DNA from: an uncultured Chloroflexia bacterium
GTDB taxonomy: Bacteria; Chloroflexota; Limnocylindria; Limnocylindrales; CSP1-4
NCBI GenBank assembly: GCA_963776395.1
Contig: CAVZML010000010.1
Location: 35,504 to 99,503, forward strand
Length of the DNA: 64,000 bases
Direction: 5' to 3'
Position 1 is the stretch's first letter. Every line of letters starts with the position of its first letter. The notes below the pieces were generated by a model. That model did no database searches. It saw only the letters and a list, made by a program, of their open reading frames with translations, and was not told the origin of the DNA. The translations under genes were made by a program, and so were the position numbers. Positions 35,537-44,063 of this stretch are shown here, piece after piece.

Positions 35537-37669
35537 CTAGGACCCCGTTGTCCGACGGCGCTCGCCGCGTCGGCGTTCAACCCCTCCGGGCGGCACCGCG
35601 GGTCCGGTGCCCCGGCGATCGCTGCGGCGCCGCTCTCCGGCAGCCAACCGCGCCGTCACGGCCGCGATGGGCTCGGCGCCCTCCACTCGGCCCTCCGGCG
35701 CCGGACCTGCCGCGATGCCTGCAGACCCCGTGGCAGCCGCCGAGCCAGCCGCTGCGCTGCGACCCGCCGCGCTGCGACCCGCCGCGCTGCCACCCGCCGC
35801 GCTTCCGCCCGCACTACCGTCGACGATGGCCGCGCCGCCTGCCTCGGCGATGACCCCGATCGAGATCCGGAACCCCACCCGGCGCTGCTGCGGCGGCATG
35901 AGCGTTCCCTGGCCCACCGGCGCGTCGCCCGGGAACCACTTCACCCACTCTTCGCTGAACGGCTCGAACTCGGCCGGGTCACGCAGGCACCAGTTGGCCC
36001 ACACGATCCTGTCCAGCGATGAGCCCTGCTCCTCCAGCTTCGCCTTGAGGTTCTTGAGGCACTGGGCGGCCTGGACCCGGATCGTGTCGCCCACCAGCCG
36101 ACCGGTCTCCGGGTCAACGGGACCCACGGCCGAGAGGTAGACCATCCCGCCAGCGGTCGCGGCCTTGCCGAGGCCGACGGTCAGGCGCGGTGCCGCCGCG
36201 GGATTGCCCTGCTCGATGCCGATGGACCGGCCCTTGCCGATCCGTGTCTTCACCGGGTGTTCGGGGTCCTCGGGCGGGATGCCGAAGTCTCCCGGCGGGA
36301 GCTCGATCCCGTTGGCCGCGAACTTGGGCATGAACGTCGGGCGGACATCGGTCGGCTCCAGCGTGCCCTGGACCTTCCCGTCCTCACCGATGCCCGTCTG
36401 CTTGAACTCGAAGATGTCGTGGGTGAGGATCTGGTCGTCCTCGATCCCGTAGACCTCGGTGATGTTCATGATCTTGCGCGAGCCGTCGCTCAGGCGGGCC
36501 GTGTGCACGATCAGGTCGACCGCGGACGCGATCTGCTCTCTGATCGATCGCAGCGGCATCTCGTAGCCCGACATGAGGATCATGGTCTCGAGGCGGCGGA
36601 GCATGTCCGGCGAGCTGTTCGCGTGGCCGGTCGAGAGCGAGCCCTCCTGGCCCACCGTCATGGCCTGGACCATGTCCAGCGCCTCGCCGCCTCGACACTC
36701 GCCGACGATGATCCGGTCCGGCCGCATGTGGAGCGCGTTGCGCAGCAGGTCGCGGGTCGTGATCTCGCCCAGCCCCTCCAGGTTGGCGGGCCGCGCCTCC
36801 AGAGTGACGACGTGCTCCTGGCGCAGCTGCAGCTCGGCGGCATCCTCGATCGTGATGATCCGCTCCTCCTCGGGCACGAACGCCGAGATCACGTTCAGGG
36901 TCGTCGTCTTGCCCGAGCCGGTGCCGCCCGAGACGAAGATGTTGAGCCTGGCCTCCACGCACGCGCGCAGGAAGTCGAACATCTCCGCCGTCGCCGTGCC
37001 GAACCGCACCAGGTCCTCCACCGTATACGGCCGGGTCGAGAACTTCCGGATGGTGATGACGGGGCCGATGAGCGAGAGCGGCTCGATGATGCAGTTGACC
37101 CGGGAGCCGTCGGGGAGGCGGGCGTCCACACGCGGGCTCGTCTGGTCGATGCGCCGCCCGAGGGGCGTGATGATCCGGTCGATGATCCGCAGGACGTGAT
37201 CGTCGTTGAGAAACGTCTGGTCGACGCGCAGGATCTTGCCCTTGCGTTCGATATAGATCTGGTCGGGGCCGTTGACCATGACCTCGGTGATCGACTCGTC
37301 CGCGAGGAGCGGCTCCAGCGGACCAAGCCCCTGGACTTCGGCGATGACCTCGTTGACGAGCTGCCGGCGCTCGTCGCGCGTGACGGGGTGCTCGTTCGCG
37401 CCGAGGAAGCGATCGACGACGCCCTCGACCTCGGCGTGGATGTCCGCCGAGTCCTCCGCCGCGAACAGCGTGTCCGATTCGTTGATCACCGCGCTCTGGA
37501 GGCCGAACCTGATCTCGCGGAGCCACTTCTCGCGAGCCACGACCTGCGATGTCTTGGGCACGACCTCGGACGTCGTCGGGACGGGCGCGACCGGCACGAC
37601 CGCGACCTGTTCGACGCTCTCGGTCTCGATGGGCTTGTTGGCGCGCTCGATGCGCTCGCGCAATGACAC
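35537..37669 (-). CDS. CpaF/TadA-type secretion ATPase fused to a RidA/YjgF-like domain and a repeat/Arg-rich tail
   Basis: Walker A FVSGGTGSGKTT, RIITIEDAAEL, Walker B/Asp box PDRIIVGECRGGEA and His box LSTGHAN cover aa ~1-455. The RidA-like part is GGMVYLSAVGPVDPETGRLVG...CLKNLKAKLEEQGSSLDRIV...FRISIGVIAE. An SAAGx array and ERRRSDRR...ERRRGERRR follow. GTG start at 37669. Confidence 0.8.
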   Translation of the reverse strand: MSLRERIERANKPIETESVEQVAVVPVAPVPTTSEVVPKTSQVVAREKWLREIRFGLQSAVINESDTLFAAEDSADIHAEVEGVVDRFLGANEHPVTRDERRQLVNEVIAEVQGLGPLEPLLADESITEVMVNGPDQIYIERKGKILRVDQTFLNDDHVLRIIDRIITPLGRRIDQTSPRVDARLPDGSRVNCIIEPLSLIGPVITIRKFSTRPYTVEDLVRFGTATAEMFDFLRACVEARLNIFVSGGTGSGKTTTLNVISAFVPEEERIITIEDAAELQLRQEHVVTLEARPANLEGLGEITTRDLLRNALHMRPDRIIVGECRGGEALDMVQAMTVGQEGSLSTGHANSSPDMLRRLETMILMSGYEMPLRSIREQIASAVDLIVHTARLSDGSRKIMNITEVYGIEDDQILTHDIFEFKQTGIGEDGKVQGTLEPTDVRPTFMPKFAANGIELPPGDFGIPPEDPEHPVKTRIGKGRSIGIEQGNPAAAPRLTVGLGKAATAGGMVYLSAVGPVDPETGRLVGDTIRVQAAQCLKNLKAKLEEQGSSLDRIVWANWCLRDPAEFEPFSEEWVKWFPGDAPVGQGTLMPPQQRRVGFRISIGVIAEAGGAAIVDGSAGGSAAGGSAAGRSAAGRSAAAGSAAATGSAGIAAGPAPEGRVEGAEPIAAVTARLAAGERRRSDRRGTGPAVPPGGVERRRGERRRTTGS

Positions 37670-37711
37670 GAAGGTGGTCCCCCGGGATTGGGCCAGTTCC
37701 CGTTTCCCGGC

Positions 37712-37717
37712 AGTCTA
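37712..37717 (-). promoter_or_regulatory. -10-like TAGACT upstream of the cpaF-ridA gene
   Basis: The minus strand reads gtggtcaTAGACTgccggg, about 40 nt before the GTG at 37669. Confidence 0.4.
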
Positions 37718-37817
37718 TGACCACGCGGCCCCGGAGGTGAGATCCAAGTGGACCCGGCGCTGTCGCAAGGGGCCGTCGGTGGCGCGGGCGCGCACCGCTC
37801 CGGTCCTGCCCTGCGGG

Positions 37818-38695
37818 TCAGGGCGCCTCGAGCCCGTGCGCCTCGAGAAGGGTGGTGTCGGCGAGGATTCGCGCCGTTGGCCCGTCCGCCACGACTGCCC
37901 CACCGTCCACGATCACCGTCCGTGCGAAGACCTCCGCCACCAGGCGCATGTCGTGCGTGGAGACGAGCATCGTCTGGGTCAGCGACCTGAGGAGCCCGAT
38001 CAGCTCGCGGCGGCCGCGCGGGTCGAGGCCGGCCGACGGCTCGTCGAAGACCACGATGGACGGGTCCATCGACAGGACCGTCGCCAGGGCCACCCGCTTG
38101 CGCTGACCCAGGGACATGCGGTGGGGGACCCGGTGCGCGAACGGTGCCATCCCCACGGCGGCCAGGGCCTGTTCCACCCGCCGGTGCACCTCGTCGGCCG
38201 GCAGGCCCATGTGCAGCGGTCCGAACGCGACGTCGTCGAAGACCGTGGGGCTGAACAGCTGGTCATCGGGATCCTGGAACACCAGGCCGACCTCGGAGCG
38301 GACGCGGCGGATCGTGTCCTTGCCGATGGCCATCCCCGACACCCGCACAGACCCGTGCGCGGGCCGCAGGGTCCCGTTGAGCTGGAGCATCAGCGTGCTC
38401 TTGCCGGCACCGTTGGGCCCCACGAGGGCGACCTTCTCGCCGGCGGCGATCCGGAGGTCGACACCCACGAGCGCCTCGAACCCGTCCGGGTACCGGAAGT
38501 GGACGTGCTCGAGCTCGATCGTGCCGCGGCCGGGGCCGGCGCCGGCGCCGCGGCTGCGGTCGCTGCGTCCCCGGGAACCGTGGGGTGCGAATGGGGATGC
38601 GTGTGTGGCCCCCCGACGTCGTGGGCATGCGTGTGGTCGTGGACGTCGTCGGCCGGGGCCGGGACGCCCGGGGCAGGGGCGGCGTCGGGGGTCAC
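37818..38695 (-). pseudogene. cbiO: ECF-transporter ATPase CbiO/NikO with a His-rich N-terminal extension; one frameshift near 38530
   Basis: The GTG at 38695 overlaps the cbiQ stop (GTGA) and reads VTPDAAPAPGVPAPADDVHDHTHAHDVGGPHTHPHSHPTVPGD...PAAA. The ABC core TIELEHVHFRYPDGFEALVGVDLRIAAGEKVALVGPNGAGKST...LSLGQRKR-like...VVFDEP is in the adjacent frame. Confidence 0.75.
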
Positions 38696-39486
38696 AGGCG
38701 GGGAAGCCACAGGACGGCGATGACCTCGTACAGGGCGAACAGGGCGAGGAGGACGCCGAGGCTCACGACCTCGACGCGCTGGAGCGAGCGCGTGCGCAGA
38801 TGGCGGAACTCGCCCTCGAACCCGCGCGCCTGCATGGCCGCGTAGATCCGCTCGCTGCGCTCGTAGGCGCGGAGGAACAGCGACCCGACCATCCGCCCGG
38901 TGACCGTCGCCCGCCACCGGATGGAGCCGCCACCGCGTCCCTCGCCCTGCGCAGAGCGGGAGTCGCGTGCGCGCACCATCCGCGATCCCTCGTCGGAGAG
39001 GACCGCGATGTAGCGGTACATGAACGAGATGATCGAGATGAGGATCCGTGGCAGTCGCAGCTCCCGGAGCGCGTCGATGAGATCGTGGAAGGGGGTGGTG
39101 AACGCCAGCAGGAGGGCGACCTGCACCGAGAGCCAGCTCCCGACCATGATCGTGAGGAAGCGGCGGATCCCCTCGGCCGAGATCGTGAGGTCCAGGGGGC
39201 CGATCGTCACCGTGGCGACGATCTGCTCCTGGACGGTGAAGATCAGCGGGAGCGCCGCCAGGGCGAACGGCAGCGCCACGACGGCCGAACGCGAGAGCCG
39301 GAACGGGCCCAGCCCGGCGGTCGCGGAGCACGCCACGAGGATCAGCCAGATGATCAGCAGGGCCAGGAACGACCCGATCGGCAGCAGCGAGATCACGAGG
39401 ATCCCGGCGATCGTGAGGATGAACTTGAGGCGCGCGTCGGCCCTGTGGAACGGGCTGTCGCCCTCGACGTAACGGTCGAGCTCCAG
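38692..39486 (-). CDS. cbiQ: ECF-transporter T component CbiQ
   Basis: Sequence ...YVEGDSPFHRADARLKFILTIAGILVISLLPIG...FMYRYIAVLSDEGSRMVRARDSR. The conserved N-terminus lies upstream of the first GTG (39396). Only CTG at 39486 is available after the in-frame TAG at 39499-39501. Confidence 0.75.
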   Translation of the reverse strand: MELDRYVEGDSPFHRADARLKFILTIAGILVISLLPIGSFLALLIIWLILVACSATAGLGPFRLSRSAVVALPFALAALPLIFTVQEQIVATVTIGPLDLTISAEGIRRFLTIMVGSWLSVQVALLLAFTTPFHDLIDALRELRLPRILISIISFMYRYIAVLSDEGSRMVRARDSRSAQGEGRGGGSIRWRATVTGRMVGSLFLRAYERSERIYAAMQARGFEGEFRHLRTRSLQRVEVVSLGVLLALFALYEVIAVLWLPRL

Positions 39487-39498
39487 GGTTCGGCGCCC

Positions 39499-39924
39499 CT
39501 ACGCCCGTCGGCGCGCGAGCACGCGGCCCAGCAGGAACACGGCGCCCAGCACGATCGCGACGCCAAGCAGGCCGGACAGGATCGTGGACAGGCGTGGATC
39601 GTCGATGCCGGGGATCGCGTAGCCGGAGAACAGACCGGAGAAGAAGTTCGTCGCCTGTTCGATGAACCCGTTGTCCGTGGCGACGCGCTCCAGCCCGTCG
39701 GGGTCCGACGAGGCGAGGAACGCGGCGGCGACGACCACGAGCGAGGCGAGGGCGACGCCGGCCACCCACCACCGCCGGCCGAGGCGTCGGTGGGGTGCGT
39801 CCGCCGCGGGAACGGCCTCTGTCGCGGGAACACCGTCCGCCGCGCGATCCTCGTCCATCGTTGTATCCGGCTGGATCGAGCGGTCCGCCTCGGTCGCGGG
39901 GCGCAGGTCCTCGTGGCTGGTCAT
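39499..39924 (-). CDS. PDGLE-domain membrane protein (CbiN/NikN-like accessory component)
   Basis: Sequence ...AFLASSDPDGLERVATDNGF... flanked by two TM segments, lying between cbiM and cbiQ. Confidence 0.7.
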   Translation of the reverse strand: MTSHEDLRPATEADRSIQPDTTMDEDRAADGVPATEAVPAADAPHRRLGRRWWVAGVALASLVVVAAAFLASSDPDGLERVATDNGFIEQATNFFSGLFSGYAIPGIDDPRLSTILSGLLGVAIVLGAVFLLGRVLARRRA

Positions 39925-39927
39925 CGG

Positions 39928-40599
39928 TCAGGCCGGCACCGCGCTGGCCGACCGGGCGGCCCGGTCCGGGCGCAGGTCCAGCAGGTCGGGGCGCGCTGTC
40001 GCGATGAACGCCAGGGCGGCGGCGGTGATCAGCGCCTCGCCGACGCCCACGAACGCGTGGACCCCGAGCATCGCCGGCAGGACGACCTCCGCCGGGCTGG
40101 TGCCGGACACGATCAGCTCGAGCGACATGGCGATCGCCCCTGCCACGACGGAAGCCCAGCCGGCGATCGCCGCCGCCGGGATGCGGCCCCGGTCCTCGCC
40201 ACCGAACAGCCCGCACAGCACCCGGTACAGCGCGAACCCGCCGAGGGTGCCGATGATGGCCATGTTGAAGATGTTCGCGCCCATGACCACGAGGCCGCCG
40301 TCGGAGAAGACCAGGGCCTGGACCGCGATCACGCAGGCCATGACCAGGGTCGCGGCCCATGGCCCCAGGAGGACCGCCGCAAGGACGCCGCCCAGCAGGT
40401 GACCCGACGTGCCGCCCGCGACCTGGAAGTTGAACATCTGCGCGGCGAAGATGAACGCGGCCATCACGCCCATGAGGGGCACGGACCGCTCGTCGAGGTT
40501 CCGGTTGGTCTGCCGGACGGCGATGCCGATCACGACGATCGTGATGACCCAGAAGAAGATCGCCACCGGCACGCTCAGGAACCGGTCCGCCGCGTGCAT
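39928..40599 (-). CDS. cbiM: ECF-transporter substrate component CbiM/NikM
   Basis: Start reset to MHAADRFLSVP (Met-His N-terminus typical of CbiM). Also AGGTSGHLLGGVLAAVLLGPW and multiple TM segments. Confidence 0.8.
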   Translation of the reverse strand: MHAADRFLSVPVAIFFWVITIVVIGIAVRQTNRNLDERSVPLMGVMAAFIFAAQMFNFQVAGGTSGHLLGGVLAAVLLGPWAATLVMACVIAVQALVFSDGGLVVMGANIFNMAIIGTLGGFALYRVLCGLFGGEDRGRIPAAAIAGWASVVAGAIAMSLELIVSGTSPAEVVLPAMLGVHAFVGVGEALITAAALAFIATARPDLLDLRPDRAARSASAVPA

Positions 40600-40724
40600 C
40601 TCGGGCACCACGCGGACGGCGGTCCGGGATGCGCTGGCGATCGAGAGGAGATCCATGCGGGGCGGGCTCCGGGGAGGGGCGTCGGTCCGGGGTGGGAGCG
40701 AATCCTAATCGCGTGGTGTCGCTC

Positions 40725-40740
40725 TTGCAAGTGGTTGCAA
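40725..40740. promoter_or_regulatory. Fur/Nur-box-like TTGCAA-N4-TTGCAA in the cbiM/fur divergent region
   Basis: The plus strand reads cTTGCAAgtggTTGCAAtaa. On the minus strand one TTGCAA sits 17 nt upstream of a TAGGAT -10-like box for cbiM. On the plus strand it lies about 32 nt before the fur-family ATG. Confidence 0.5.
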
Positions 40741-40771
40741 TAACTGCTGCCACCACCCCATAATTCGTCCG

Positions 40772-41266
40772 ATGCCCGCCTCCGGTTCACTCCCGCCCAG
40801 GCCCGATCGCGCGGAGCCATCGCCCTGGGCCGACCTCCGCGAGCGTCTACGCGCGGGGGGACTGCGCTGGACGCCCCAGCGGCGCGTCCTGGTCGAGGTG
40901 CTGTCTCGGAGCGACGGCCACGTGACGGGCTCGGAGCTGGTCGAGCGCTGCCGCGCCCTGGATCCCGCGACCACGCCGTCGACTGTCTATCGCACCCTCG
41001 ACGTCCTCGAGGAGCTGGGGATCGTGCGTCACGCGCATGGAGTCGATGGCCGCGAGGAGTTCCACGTCCTGCCGCATGCCGAGCACGGGCACCTCCACTG
41101 CCGCGGCTGCCGCCAGACGTGGGAGATCGAGGCGGGCGAGGCAGACGCGCTCGTCTCGGCCCTCAGCGCGGACCGGGGCTTCCAGGTGGACCTCTCGCAC
41201 CTCTCCGTCTCGGGGCTCTGCCGCGAGTGCGGATCCTCGGCGGGGCCGGTCGGTCACGACCACTAG
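40772..41266 (+). CDS. Fur-family metalloregulator (Nur/Zur-like)
   Basis: Sequence LRWTPQRRVLVEVLSRSDGHVTGSELVERC...STVYRTLDVLEELGIVRHAH...HGHLHCRGC...GLCRECG. Confidence 0.8.
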   Translation: MPASGSLPPRPDRAEPSPWADLRERLRAGGLRWTPQRRVLVEVLSRSDGHVTGSELVERCRALDPATTPSTVYRTLDVLEELGIVRHAHGVDGREEFHVLPHAEHGHLHCRGCRQTWEIEAGEADALVSALSADRGFQVDLSHLSVSGLCRECGSSAGPVGHDH

Positions 41267-41344
41267 CCACCGGCCGACCAGTCCCTGGCCCACCGGCCGG
41301 CACAGCCACCGGCCTTCCGCCGGCACGGTCACCGGCCACCGGCC
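41267..41344. repeat. five copies of CCACCGGCC in the convergent spacer after the fur gene
   Basis: Copies at 41267, 41290, 41306, 41329 (one mismatch) and 41336. The first begins right after the TAG stop. Confidence 0.65.
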
Positions 41345-41389
41345 GGCATGGCCAGGGCCTCCGGCCCACAGGTCTGACGAGCGTCGACG

Positions 41390-42217
41390 CTACCGCACCG
41401 CGCCGAGCACCGCGTCGGACAGGGCCGGCCAGGCCACGAGCGCCCAGGGTCCGAACTCTCGCTCGGGCAGGCACGCCAGCGCAAGGCTCGCGTCCGGGTC
41501 GACCCAGAGGAACGCCCCGCTGCCACCGAAATGCCCGAACGTCCGAGGCGAGTTCAGCGTGCCGGTCCAGTGCGGATCCTTGCCGTCGCGGATCTCGAAC
41601 CCGAGGCCCCAGTCGAGCGGGTCGAGGCGCCCGAGGCCCGGCAGGACACCGCGCAGCCCGGGAAAGGCCACGGTGGTCGCCGCGGCCAGCGAAGCCGCCG
41701 GCAGGAGGCGAGGCCGCAGCAACTCGTGCGCGAACGCGGCCAGGTCGTCGATCGGCCCCTCGAGGCCCTGTGAGGGGCGGTCCACGAGGCGGGTCCCGGT
41801 CATGCCCAGCGGGTCCAGCACCCAGTCCCGCAGGAGAGACGGGAAGGGGCGCCCGGCCCGAGCGGCCACGACCGCTCCGAGCGCGTCGAACCCCGCGTTG
41901 GAGTAGATCCGCGTCCGGCCCGGCGCCGCGATCACGGACGGGTCGTCGAACGCGAGGCCGGAGGCGTGGGCGAGCAGATGCCGGACGGTCGCGCCGGGCG
42001 GCCCGGCGGGCTCGTCCAGCGCGAGCATCCCGCCCTCCACCGCGATCAGGACGACGTACGCGGTCAGCAGCTTGGTCACCGACGCCCACCGTCGCGACGC
42101 ACCCGCGGGCCCGTGCACCGCGACCGGCCCGTCCGGGTCCACCACGGCCAGGGTCACCGATCCCGCGTCCCAGCCGTCGGCCTCCGCCAGCACGGACGCG
42201 TCGAATGACCGGGTCAA
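41390..42217 (-). CDS. serine hydrolase / beta-lactamase-family protein
   Basis: S-x-x-K motif WASVTKLLTA, then YSNAGFDALG and GHFGGSGAFLWVDP. TTG start at 42217 is tentative. Confidence 0.7.
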   Translation of the reverse strand: MTRSFDASVLAEADGWDAGSVTLAVVDPDGPVAVHGPAGASRRWASVTKLLTAYVVLIAVEGGMLALDEPAGPPGATVRHLLAHASGLAFDDPSVIAAPGRTRIYSNAGFDALGAVVAARAGRPFPSLLRDWVLDPLGMTGTRLVDRPSQGLEGPIDDLAAFAHELLRPRLLPAASLAAATTVAFPGLRGVLPGLGRLDPLDWGLGFEIRDGKDPHWTGTLNSPRTFGHFGGSGAFLWVDPDASLALACLPEREFGPWALVAWPALSDAVLGAVR

Positions 42218-42273
42218 GGCGGCCCCGCGAACCCGCCGACGTCGACCATGACCAGCACCAGGACCACGCGGCG

Positions 42274-43053
42274 TTACTCCAGCGTCGGGACGCCGAGGAT
42301 GTTGAACCCGCCGTCGACGTAGATGACTTCGCCGGTCACGGCGCTCGACAGGTCGGAGGCCAGGTAGGTGGCGGTCCTGCCGCAATCCTCGATCGAGATG
42401 TGGGCGCGCAGCGGGGCGATCTCGTTGAACGGGCCGTAGAGCTTCCGGAAGCCCGCGATGCCACCGGCGGACAGAGTGCGGATCGGCCCGGCGGAGATCG
42501 CGTTGACACGGACGCCTTCGGGGCCGAGGTCTGCGGCGAGGTACCGGACCGACGCCTCGAGCGCTGCCTTGGCGACGCCCATGACGTTGTAATGGGTGAC
42601 GACCTTCTCCGCGCCGTAGTAGCTGAGCGTGATGATCGAGCTGCCTCGATGCAGGTACGGGCGCGCCTCGCGGGTGAGTGCGACCAGCGAGTACGCGGAC
42701 ACGTCCATCGCGAGCGCGAACCCGTCCCGGGAGGTGTCCACGAACGACCCGTCGAGGTCCTCGCGCTTCGCGTAGGCGACCGCGTGGACCAGAATGTCGA
42801 TCTCGCCATGGAGCTCCGCCCATTTCGCCGTGACCGCGCGAATCTGCTCGTCGGACTGCAGGTCGGCGGGCTCGACGAAGGTGGCCCCGATTGACTCGGC
42901 CAGGGGGCGGACCCGGCGCTCGATCAGGCTCTCGACGGACGAGAAGCCCACGATCGCGCCCTCGTCGTGGAACGCCCTGGCGATCCCCCAGGCGATGCTG
43001 TGGTCGTTCGCGACCCCGAACACGAGGGCCTTGCGCCCCTCGAGCAGACCCAT
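42274..43053 (-). CDS. fabI: enoyl-ACP reductase (NADH)
   Basis: Motifs LVFGVANDHSIAWGIA, YYGAEKVVTHYNVMGVAKAALE and ISAGPIRTL. Confidence 0.9.
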   Translation of the reverse strand: MGLLEGRKALVFGVANDHSIAWGIARAFHDEGAIVGFSSVESLIERRVRPLAESIGATFVEPADLQSDEQIRAVTAKWAELHGEIDILVHAVAYAKREDLDGSFVDTSRDGFALAMDVSAYSLVALTREARPYLHRGSSIITLSYYGAEKVVTHYNVMGVAKAALEASVRYLAADLGPEGVRVNAISAGPIRTLSAGGIAGFRKLYGPFNEIAPLRAHISIEDCGRTATYLASDLSSAVTGEVIYVDGGFNILGVPTLE

Positions 43054-43133
43054 GCGCAGGCTCCTTGGCTGGGTGATTGGCTGGGGTGATCCGTCCCGCC
43101 GGCGCGCCGGCGCCGGGGTAACCTGCGCGCATC

Positions 43134-44018
43134 ATGCCCGACTCCGCCGTTCCCGACGCCAGCCTGCGTGCAGCGCTGCACGGGGTCCGGGCGCTGCTGC
43201 TGGACCTGGACGGCGTCCTGATTGTCAAGGGTGCGGCGGTCCCGGGGGCCGTGGCAGCCATCGCGGCGCTGGACCGGCGCCCCTTCCCGTACCTCGTGGT
43301 CACCAACACGTCGCTCGTATCACGGGCGACCCTCGCCCGGTGGGGGAGGAGCGTCGGCTTCGCCACGCCCGCCGACCGCTTCCAGTCCGCACTCTCGGCG
43401 ACCGCGGACATGGTGCGGGGCGAGTATGGCGACCGGCCGGTCTACGTGATCACCTCCGACGACGCGCGGGCGGAGTTCGCAGGCGTCAACCTGGTGGACG
43501 GGGTGGCGACCGATGCGGCGCCGGGTGAGGTCGCTGCGGTGGTCCTTGGGGACTCGCCGGACCAGCTCACGAAGGCGAACCTTGACCGGGCCTTCCGTCT
43601 CGTCCGAGGCGGCGCCACCCTGATCGGGATGCATCGCAACGCCTGGTGGATCACGGCGGATGGTCCCACGCTCGATGCGGGGGCGTTCCTCGTCGGCCTG
43701 GAATACGCGACCGGGCAGCGGGCGCGGGTGGTGGGCAAGCCGTCAATCGCGAGCTTCCGGATGGGCTTCGAGCGGCTGGCGGCCGAGGCCCGCGAGCGGG
43801 GCGAGGCACGCCTCCTGCTCCGGGAGGTGGCCATGGTGGGCGACGACGTCTCGAACGACATTGGTGGGGCGCAGCGGGCTGGCCTCCGCGGCATCTTCGT
43901 CCGGACCGGCAAGCACGGCGATGCGGAGCTGGCGGCCGCCGGGGCGCGTGCGAGGGGCGCCGTGCGCCCGGACGCGATCGCCCCGTCCATCGCGGAGGTC
44001 GTCGCGGCGCTGGGCTGA
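43134..44018 (+). CDS. HAD-IIA family hydrolase
   Basis: LLLDLDGVL (the DxD motif), VVTNTS and MVGDDVSNDIGGAQRAGLRGIFVRTG. TAACCT lies 9 nt before the ATG. Confidence 0.75.
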   Translation: MPDSAVPDASLRAALHGVRALLLDLDGVLIVKGAAVPGAVAAIAALDRRPFPYLVVTNTSLVSRATLARWGRSVGFATPADRFQSALSATADMVRGEYGDRPVYVITSDDARAEFAGVNLVDGVATDAAPGEVAAVVLGDSPDQLTKANLDRAFRLVRGGATLIGMHRNAWWITADGPTLDAGAFLVGLEYATGQRARVVGKPSIASFRMGFERLAAEARERGEARLLLREVAMVGDDVSNDIGGAQRAGLRGIFVRTGKHGDAELAAAGARARGAVRPDAIAPSIAEVVAALG

Positions 44019-44063
44019 ACCGGTGCCGCGCCACGCCGGCTCCCCTTCGGGCATCGCGGCGCC

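Noticed and set aside
35537-37669. Tad/Flp pilus locus
   Set aside because: Only the ATPase is present. There is no pilin, prepilin peptidase, platform or secretin-like gene within the window.
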